Shown here piece by piece: positions 54,581 through 64,000 of a stretch of 64,000 nucleotides of DNA; positions within the stretch are counted from its first letter, which is position 1, and each line of letters starts with the position of its first letter. Origin of the DNA: Eledone cirrhosa. Its lineage: Eukaryota. The stretch is from assembly GCA_964016885.1 (NCBI GenBank), contig OZ024757.1:34906001-34970000 (forward strand), read 5' to 3'. The notes beneath the pieces are model-generated. The model saw only the letters and a program-made list of their open reading frames with translations, was not told the DNA's origin and searched no databases. The position numbers and the translations under genes are program-made.

Positions 54581-56511
54581 ATCATCATCATCATCATCAT
54601 CACCGTTTTACGTCCGTTCTTCCACGCTAGCATGGGTTAGACGGGTTGTCCTGTTGTGGGCAGTGTCTGGTCGGCTGACCATGCCTTGCTCATACTGGAA
54701 CTGATCTGGCTTGATTTCTACAGCTGGATGCCCTTCCTAACACCAACCTCATTTACAGTGAGTGCTGGGTGCTTTTTCGTGGCGCCTACACGTCCACTTT
54801 ACAGTGTGGGCTGGGTGCTTTTTTGCCGTGGCACCTCCACGGCCACCTTGCGGTGGGGGGGGGGGGGGCATATTGTTTATATGCTTCAGCATGTACCCAT
54901 GGGAGGTCGGGTACCCTGTATTACTGCGTGACGCCAGAAGTCACGGTCGTGTGTCATTGACTTTGAGAGGTGTAGTTGGGTAAGGTCGGCTTTTATCACC
55001 TCATCCCAAGTCATCTTGGGTCTCCCCACTCCGCGGTTTCCATCAACTTCTAGTGCTCTGCACCTTTTTATGCAGCTGTCATCCTTCATACGCATCACAT
55101 GTCCATACCAGCGTAACCGCCTCTCCTGCACGCAGCATTTGATTCCTCTTATGCTCAGTCTCTCTCTCAATTCCTTTATGCTTTGTCGTTCACGTATATT
55201 ACTGTTACACATCCATCGGAGCATGCAGGCTTCGTTTCTCTCTAATCTACGTAAGTCTTCCACCTTCAGCGCCCAGGTCTCACTACCATGCAACATCGCT
55301 GTTCGGATACACGCATCATACAGTCTGCCTTTCATTCTGAGGGAGAAGCCTTTTGCAGCTAGCAGTGGTAGTAGTTCCCTAAACTTCTTCCATCCCGTTC
55401 TTACCCTAGTTATTGTACTTTCTGAGCACCCACCTCCGTTGCTAATTCGGTCACCTAGGTAGCAGAAGCTGTCTACTGTTTCTACAGGGCCCTCCCAGAG
55501 ATTGGTGGTACTTGTTTCCTGTGGCTGTTTGCTTGCTGTTTCAGCACAGCTGCTGCATGTGAATCCTACATTCTTAATTAAGCTTCCTGAGATCCCGCTA
55601 CATCTCTTGTGTACCCATTGTTTGCATTTGGGGCAGAGAATGGAGTTCCTACCTACACCTTTCCTACATACTGAGCAAGGCCATTTCCCTGAGGGGATCT
55701 GGGTTCTGTTTTCTCGTCTACTTAAAAGGACCTTAGTCTTTGTCATGTTGACTTTGAGGCCCTTTCTCTCTAGTCCCTGCTTCCAGGTTTGGAATTTATT
55801 CTCTAGTTCTACCATAGATTCAGCTATGAGTGCGAGGTCATCAGCATACAGGAGTTCCCATGGGCATCCGGTCTTAAACTCCTCCGTTATTGCCTGCAGG
55901 ACTATGATGAACAGGAGAGGGCTAAGAACAGAGCCCTGGTGGACCTCAACCTGTACGCTAAATTCCTCGCTATACTCATTGCCAATCCTAACTTTGCTGA
56001 CTGCTCCCCTATACATGGCTTGTACCGCTTTCACAAGCCATTCATCTACTCCTAGTTTTCTAAGAGCCCACCAGATTACTGCACGTGGAACTCTGTCAAA
56101 GGCTTTCTCAAGGTCGACAAATGCCAAGTAGAGTGGCTTACTTTTAGCTAGGTACTTTTCCTGTAATTGCCTCACAAGGAAGAGGGCATCAGTGGTGCCT
56201 TTCCCTGGTACAAACCCAAATTGCATCTCGTCTATATTCACCCGGTCCCTAATCAGCTGTGCTATAACTCTTTCTGTTACTTTCATGACCTGGTCCATCA
56301 ACTTTATACCTCTATAGTTTCCTCTATCTAGTGCATCGCCTTTACCTTTGTAGCAGTTGACAATGATGCTACTGCACCAATCTTTTGGTATGGCCCCCTC
56401 TAGTATTACCTGGTTAACGATACGTGTGGTTATAGTGTGACCTACAGACCCAGATGCCTTCAGCATCTCGGCAGCTATACCCGATGGACCGGTTGCCTTC
56501 CCTATCTTCAT
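54581..56511 (-). mobile_element. RTE-clade LINE, 5'-truncated, inserted in the (TA)n of one macrosatellite unit
   Basis: (GAT)n 3' tail at 54581-54602; RT ORF; absent from the other units. Confidence 0.93.
54886..56511 (-). CDS. RTE reverse transcriptase (5'-truncated, uninterrupted) with PHD-like C4HC3 finger
   Basis: FVDLEKAFDRV, HQGSVLSPLLF, YADD, CSVC..C..C...HKRC..CSSC, FCYLG, HGSETW, RLRWYGHV, GRPK.TW. Confidence 0.92.
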   Translation of the reverse strand: MKIGKATGPSGIAAEMLKASGSVGHTITTRIVNQVILEGAIPKDWCSSIIVNCYKGKGDALDRGNYRGIKLMDQVMKVTERVIAQLIRDRVNIDEMQFGFVPGKGTTDALFLVRQLQEKYLAKSKPLYLAFVDLEKAFDRVPRAVIWWALRKLGVDEWLVKAVQAMYRGAVSKVRIGNEYSEEFSVQVEVHQGSVLSPLLFIIVLQAITEEFKTGCPWELLYADDLALIAESMVELENKFQTWKQGLERKGLKVNMTKTKVLLSRRENRTQIPSGKWPCSVCRKGVGRNSILCPKCKQWVHKRCSGISGSLIKNVGFTCSSCAETASKQPQETSTTNLWEGPVETVDSFCYLGDRISNGGGCSESTITRVRTGWKKFRELLPLLAAKGFSLRMKGRLYDACIRTAMLHGSETWALKVEDLRRLERNEACMLRWMCNSNIRERQSIKELRERLSIRGIKCCVQERRLRWYGHVMRMKDDSCIKRCRALEVDGNRGVGRPKMTWDEVIKADLTQLHLSKSMTHDRDFWRHAVIQGTRPPMGTC

Positions 56512-56516
56512 ATCTC

Positions 56517-56933
56517 TGTGTGTATATATATGTGTGTATATACATAAACAAGACTGTTATTGCTCCAACCAGTCTATTTACCTTTGATAACTATCCTAAA
56601 TATAAATACACCTATACCATACATACACATATCATATATGTTTTTGATGCCGTGGTATAGCAGAGATAAGCAAGAAGAGAAAAGAAAATGAAATGTGTGT
56701 ATATATATGTGTGTATATACATAATATATATATATGTGTGTATATACAAAATGAAATGTGTGTATATATATGTGTGTATATACATAAACAAGACTGTTAT
56801 TGCTCCAACCAGTCTATTTACCTTTGATAACTATCCTAAATATAAATACACCTATACCATACATACACATATCATATATGTTTTTGATGCCGTGGTATAG
56901 CAGAGATAAGCAAGAAGAGAAAAGAAAATGAAA
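56517..56933. repeat. Local direct duplication (offset 240) next to the RTE 5' end
   Basis: Sequence starting at 56521 recurs at 56761 for ~175 bp. Confidence 0.9.
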
Positions 56934-59900
56934 ATGAGAAAAAAAAAGAAGTAAGAAGTCGGGGGAGGGACAGACACTTCACCCCAGTCTAAGTGGTCCC
57001 TCAGCCGCAACCTGTGGAAGAAACGTAAAAGCGTTACCTCAGAGCAAGGCCAGAGACACCTGCTACAATAGTCGCCCCTCCTCATGAGGCTCCTGTCGTC
57101 TTTCCTCCCGACTTTATGGAGGAAATCAGCAGTACAGGAACCAAGTATGGCAGAGGTCTCAATGGAGTGGAAGAGGTGAGTCAGGCCTTGGTACTATCTT
57201 ACTATCCTCTGCATTGCGGGGTGTGGAGCCTAGGTTTGTGGCTGTAGCTATATTTGAACTTTTATATGAAATTTCAGTTTTATATTTTTCACATCATAAA
57301 ACTTAATCTTAGTCTTTTGCAGCTCATCTTGTTTCATCTCGCAGCACATGATTCGGGAACCACTGCTCTAGAGATAGAAAAAGTATATTTTATGCAGGGC
57401 TTCCCTGAGACATAAAAACTATTTCAAGAGATCGACATGGGTAGAAAGGTTGAGAAATGCTGCACAATGTTCTTTGATTTTTGTTCACCTTTAAATAATC
57501 ATGTATAAAATATCGGGTGTGCAAGATTTCATGAAAAGGTATAACATTATTTATGCTGATCTTGCAGGGACTAGCTCCAATTGAGAGTTGTACCAATTCC
57601 CACTAAACTCGAAACTCCTGGACAATATATACATATATTTATAAGTTCCTGTGTATTGTGTCGCTGTATAATGAAACATAAATATATACCATGCATGTCA
57701 GTCAGATTTGAACTCACTATATTTGGCGTTTTATAGATATAATTTGTTTGTTAAAACAATTGATTAAATAATAACTAAATAAAATTAATTCTACAATCCT
57801 GGATAGGGAATGAACTTATAACTGCATAATAGAAGCCATCTATTCGAGCAGTATTGCCATCTAAGCCACCAGGTTACTTACAGAACTTCATTCAAATATA
57901 AAATATAAAATATATGCCAGACATAGTGAGTTGGAATCTGACTGATTAGTTGGTCATTGTCCCAGCCAACAGTTTAAATCGCCAACCAGTAGGTGACATC
58001 GACTAGGTTAGGAAAACTTGGTTAAGTAGCTCCAGTTATTGCTACGTTAGACATATTCAAGACTTATCGACACTGAATAGAAGAAAGGTAAAGTTGAACT
58101 CAGAGTAAAGAACTGGAAAAATACTGCAAAGAATTCTATCTGATGTTCTAACAATTCTACCAAGTTACCTTATGTATATATATTTATATCTAGAGATAAG
58201 AAGAAAACTGAAAGAGAGAAAAGAAAAAAAATGAGACCTTATATGTAACCCATGTTACAACTCAATATATATATATTTGAGTTGTAACATATATTCCCGC
58301 CGTTGAAATAAAAATTTTAACAGAGAAACGGCGGGAATATATGTTACAATCCAATCTACATATATTTGGGTTGTAACATATATTCCCGCCGTTGAAATAA
58401 AATTTTAATAGAAAAACGGCGGGAATATATGTTACAACCCAACCTATATATGTTTGGGTTGTAATATATATTCCCGCCGTTTTTCTGTTAAAATTTTTAT
58501 TTCAACGGCGGGAATATATGTTACAACCCAAATATATGTAGATTGGGTTGTAACATATATTCCCGCCGTTTTTCTATTAAAATTTTTATTTCGACGGCGG
58601 GAATATATGTTACAACCCAAATATATGTAGATTGGATTGTAACATATATTCCCGCCGTTTTTCTATTAAAATGTTTATTTCAACGGCGGGAATATATGTT
58701 ACAACCCAAATATATATAGATTGGGCTGTAACATATATTCCCGCCGTTTTTCTATTAAAATTTTTATTTCAACGGCGGGAATATATGTTACAACCCAAAT
58801 ATATAGAGATTGGGTTGTAACATATATTCCCGCCGTTTTTCTATTAAAATTTTTATTTCAACGGCGGGAATATATACCCTGAGAGACTGAGAAATCTCTT
58901 TCAAAGAGATTTCTCAGTCTCTCAGGGTATATTTGCAATGGTGGCAACACAACCTTTCCTTTATTACAACAGTTACAATTTTCATTTCTAAATTTCAAAG
59001 CTCCACAGTGATCACACGAAACATTCATATCACTGATATGAAATCCTTCTACATTTCCATTAATATTAATTGTTGGCTAATTTCTCTTATGACACTCATT
59101 ATCCATTCTTCTCTGTCTGAATGTTTTCCAGTCTAAGTCTATTTGCATGGAATAATTATATTCTGTTGTTTATTATGTAATTAAATAGCTCTGTACAATA
59201 CATAGAGCATTCTTCTTTTCTTTACCTTTTCTATGGAAATACAAGAACAAACATATATATATATATATATATATGTGTGTATATACATAAACAAGACTGT
59301 TATTGCTCCAACCAGTCTACTTACCTTTGATAACTATCCTAAATATAAATACACCTATACCATACATACACATATCATATATGTTTTTGATGCCGTGGTA
59401 TAGCAGAGATAAGCAAGAAGAGAAAAGAAAATGAAAATGAGAAAAAAAAAGAAGTAAGAAGTCGGGGGAGGGACAGACACTTCACCCCAGTCTAAGTGGT
59501 CCCTCAGCCGCAACCTGTGGAAGAAACGTAAAAGCGTTACCTCAGAGCAAGGCCAGAGACACCTGCTACAATAGTCGCCCCTCCTCATGAGGCTCCTGTC
59601 GTCTTTCCTCCCGACTTTATGGAGGAAATCAGCAGTACAGGGACCAAGTATGGCAGAGGTCTCAATGGAGTGGAAGAGGTGAGTCAGGCCTTGGTACTAT
59701 CTTACTATCCTCTGCATTGCGGGGTGTGGAGCCTAGGTTTGTGGCTGTAGCTATATTTGAACTTTTATATGAAATTTCAGTTTTATATTTTTCACATCAT
59801 AAAACTTAATCTTAGTTTTTTGCAGCTCATCTTGTTTCATCTCGCAGCACATGATTCAGGAACCACTGCTCTAGAGATAGAAAAAGTATATTTTATGCAG

Positions 59901-62900
59901 GGCTTCCCTGAGACATAAAAACTATTTCAAGAGATCGACATGGGTAGAAAGGTTGAGAAATGCTGCACAATGTTCTTTGATTTTTGTTCACCTTTAAATA
60001 ATCATGTATAAAATATCGGGTGTGCAAGATTTCATGAAAAGGTATAACATTATTTATGCTGATCTTGCAGGGACTAGCTCCAATTGAGAGTTGTACCAAT
60101 TCCCACTAAACTCGAAACTCCTGGACAATATATACATATATTTATAAGTTCCTGTGTATTGTGTCGCTGTATAATGAAACATAAATATATACCATGCATG
60201 TCAGTCAGATTTGAACTCACTATATTTGGCGTTTTATAGATATAATTTGTTTGTTAAAACAATTGATTAAATAATAACTAAATAAAATTAATTCTACAAT
60301 CCTGGATAGGGAATGAACTTATAACTGCATAATAGAAGCCATCTATTCGAGCAGTATTGCCATCTAAGCCACCAGGTTACTTACAGAACTTCATTCAAAT
60401 ATAAAATATAAAATATATGCCAGACATAGTGAGTTGGAATCTGACTGATTAGTTGGTCATTGTCCCAGCCAACAGTTTAAATCGCCAACCAGTAGGTGAC
60501 ATCGACTAGGTTGGGAAAACTTGGTTAAGTAGCTCCAGTTATTGCTACGTTAGACATATTCAAGACTTATCGACACTGAATAGAAGAAAGGTAAAGTTGA
60601 ACTCAGAGTAAAGAACTGGAAAAATACTGCAAAGAATTCTATCTGATGTTCTAACAATTCTACCAAGTTACCTTATGTATATATATTTATATCTAGAGAT
60701 AAGAAGAAAACTGAAAGAAAGAAAAGAAAAAAAATGAGACCTTATATGTAACCCATGTTACAACTCAATATATATATATTTGAGTTGTAACATATATTCC
60801 CGCCGTTGAAATAAAAATTTTAACAGAGAAACGGCGGGAATATATGTTACAATCCAATCTACATATATTTGGGTTGTAACATATATTCCCGCCGTTGAAA
60901 TAAAAATTTTAATAGAAAAACGTCGGGAATATATGTTACAACGCAATCTATATATATTTGGGTTGTAACATATATTCCCGCCGTTGAAATAAAATTTTAA
61001 TAGAAAAACGGCGGGAATATATGTTACAACCCAACCTATATATGTTTGGGTTGTAATATATATTCCCGCCGTTTTTCTGTTAAAATTTTTATTTCAACGG
61101 CGGGAATATATGTTACAACCCAAATATATGTAGATTGGGTTGTAACATATATTCCCGCCGTTTTTCTATTAAAATTTTTATTTCGACGGCGGGAATATAT
61201 GTTACAACCCAAATATATGTAGATTGGATTGTAACATATATTCCCGCCGTTTTTCTATTAAAATGTTTATTTCAACGGCGGGAATATATGTTACAACCCA
61301 AATATATATAGATTGGGCTGTAACATATATTCCCGCCGTTTTTCTATTAAAATTTTTATTTCAACGGCGGGAATATATGTTACAACCCAAATATATAGAG
61401 ATTGGGTTGTAACATATATTCCCGCCGTTTTTCTATTAAAATTTTTATTTCAACGGCGGGAATATATACCCTGAGAGACTGAGAAATCTCTTTCAAAGAG
61501 ATTTCTCAGTCTCTCAGTGTATATTTGCAATGGTGGCAACACAACCTTTCCTTTATTACAACAGTTACAATTTTCATTTCTAAATTTCAAAGCTCCACAG
61601 TGATCACACGAAACATTCATATCACTGATATGAAATCCTTCTACATTTCCATTAATATTAATTGTTGGCTAATTTCTCTTATGACACTCATTATCCATTC
61701 TTCTCTGTCTGAATGTTTTCCAGTCTAAGTCTATTTGCATGGAATAATTATATTCTGTTGTTTATTATGTAATTAAATAGCTCTGTACAATACATAGAGC
61801 ATTCTTCTTTTCTTTACCTTTTCTATGGAAATACAAGAACAAACATATATATATATATATATATGTGTGTATATACATAAACAAGACTGTTATTGCTCCA
61901 ACCAGTCTATTTACCTTTGATAACTATCCTAAATATAAATACACCTATACCATACATACACATATCATATATGTTTTTGATGCCGTGGTATAGCAGAGAT
62001 AAGCAAGAAGAGAAAAGTAAATGAAAATGAGAAAAAAAAAGAAGTAAGAAGTCGGGGGGAGGGACAGACACTTCACCCCAGTCTAAGTGGTCCCTCAGCC
62101 GCAACCTGTGGAAGAAACGTAAAAGCGTTACCTCGGAGCAAGGCCAGAGACACCTGCTACAATAGTCGCCCCTCCTCATGAGGCTCCTGTCGTCTTTCCT
62201 CCCGACTTTATGGAGGAAATCAACAGTACAGGGACCAAGTATGGCAGAGGTCTCAATGGAGTGGAAGAGGTGAGTCAGGCCTTAGTACTATCTTACTATC
62301 CTCTGCATTGCGGGGTGTGGAGCCTAGGTTTGTGGCTGTAGCTATATTTGAACTTTTATATGAAATTTCAGTTTTATATTTTTCACATCTTAAAACTTAA
62401 TCTTAGTCTTTTGCAGCTCATCTTGTTTCATCTCGCAGCACACGATTTGGGAACCACTGCTCTAGAGATAGAAAAAGTATATTTTATGCAGGGATTCCCT
62501 GAGACATAAAAACTATTTCAAGAGATCGACATGGGTAGAAAGGTTGAGAAATGCTGCACAATGTTCTTTGGTTTTTGTTCACCTTTAAATAATCATGTAT
62601 AAAATATCGGGTGTGCAAGATTTCATGAAAAGGTATAACATTATTTATGCTGATCTTGCAGGGACTAGCTCCAATTGAGAGTTGTACCAATTCCCACTAA
62701 ACTCGAAACTCCTGGACAATATATACATATCTTTATAAGTTCCTGTGTATTGTGTCGTTGTATAATGAAACATAAATATATACCAGGCATGTCAGTCAGA
62801 TTTGAACTCACTATATTTGGCGTTTTATAGATATAATTTGTTTGTTAAAACAATTGATTAAATAATAACTAAATAAAATTAATTCTACAATCCTGGATAG

Positions 62901-64000
62901 GGAATGAACTTATAACTTCATAATAGAAGCCATCTATTCGAGCAGTATTGCCATCTAAGCCACCAGGTTACTTACAGAACTTCATTCAAATATAAAATAT
63001 AAAATATATGCCAGACATAGTGAGTTGGAATCTGACTGATTAGTTGGTCATTGTCCCAGCCAACAGTTTAAATCGCCAACCAGTAGGTGACATCGACTAG
63101 GTTGGGAAAACTTGGTTAAGTAGCTCCAGTTATTGCTACGTTAGACATATTCAAGACTTATCGACACTGAATAGAAGAAAGGTAAAGTTGAACTCAGAGT
63201 AAAGAACTGGAAAAATACTGCAAAGAATTCTATCTGATGTTCTAACAATTCTACCAAGTTACCTTATGTATATATATTTATATCTAGAGATAAGAAGAAA
63301 ACTGAAAGAAAGAAAAGAAAAAAAATGAGACCTTATATGTAACCCATGTTACAACTCAATATATATATATTTGAGTTGTAACATATATTCCCGCCGTTGA
63401 AATAAAAATTTTAACAGAGAAACGGCGGGAATATATGTTACAATCCAATCTACATATATTTGGGTTGTAACATATATTCCCGCCGTTGAAATAAAAATTT
63501 TAATAGAAAAACGTCGGGAATATATGTTACAACGCAATCTATATATATTTGGGTTGTAACATATATTCCCGCCGTTGAAATAAAATTTTAATAGAAAAAC
63601 GGCGGGAATATATGTTACAACCCAACCTATATATGTTTGGGTTGTAATATATATTCCCGCCGTTTTTCTGTTAAAATTTTTATTTCAAAGGCGGGAATAT
63701 ATGTTACAACCCAAATATATGTAGATTGGGTTGTAACATATATTCCCGCCGTTTTTCTATTAAAATTTTTATTTCGACGGCGGGAATATATGTTACAACC
63801 CAAATATATGTAGATTGGATTGTAACATATATTCCCGCCGTTTTTCTATTAAAATGTTTATTTCAACGGCGGGAATATATGTTACAACCCAAATATATAT
63901 AGATTGGGCTGTAACATATATTCCCGCCGTTTTTCTATTAAAATTTTTATTTCAACGGCGGGAATATATGTTACAACCCAAATATATATAGATTGGGCTG

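Larger units (their letters stand above)
48760..64000. repeat. Macrosatellite, right cluster (at least 5 units); 89-bp arrays at 50621-51416, 53299-54183, 58252-58871, 60755-61463, 63346-end
   Basis: Junction hairpins at 51417, 54184, 58872, 61464; near-identical 1.9-kb segments. Confidence 0.92.

Noticed and set aside
55016-56131. Plus-strand ORFs of 148 and 209 aa (and similar at 4434-5813)
   Set aside because: Antisense shadows of LINE reading frames

Overview
AT-rich animal genomic DNA that is almost entirely repetitive. The SINE families and dense (TA)n/(CT)n/(GGT)n microsatellites resemble octopod cephalopod genomes (inference from recalled sequence, not a search). Positions 1-18 kb hold microsatellites, a 5'-truncated CR1-type LINE (ORF1 tail plus EN-RT ORF2 with one nonsense codon), tRNA-type SINEs and a possible small 3-exon gene. 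They also hold a signal-peptide + Asn/Asp/Tyr-rich ORF and a cluster of mutually unrelated fold-back insertions in (TA)n that carry type I hammerhead ribozyme motifs (Penelope-like architecture). Positions 18.6-32 kb hold two copies of a decayed Helitron RepHel with adjacent CRE-retrotransposon, hAT and MITE fragments, a long fold-back element, and 55-bp and 46-bp satellites. Positions 36-64 kb form a ~2.6-2.8 kb macrosatellite whose unit is the RepHel N-terminal/upstream segment joined through a fold-back hairpin to an array of an 89-bp doubly palindromic monomer. One unit carries a young RTE LINE with a PHD-like finger. There is a 200-N assembly gap at 46941-47140. Nearly all long low-complexity ORFs in the track are microsatellite artefacts.
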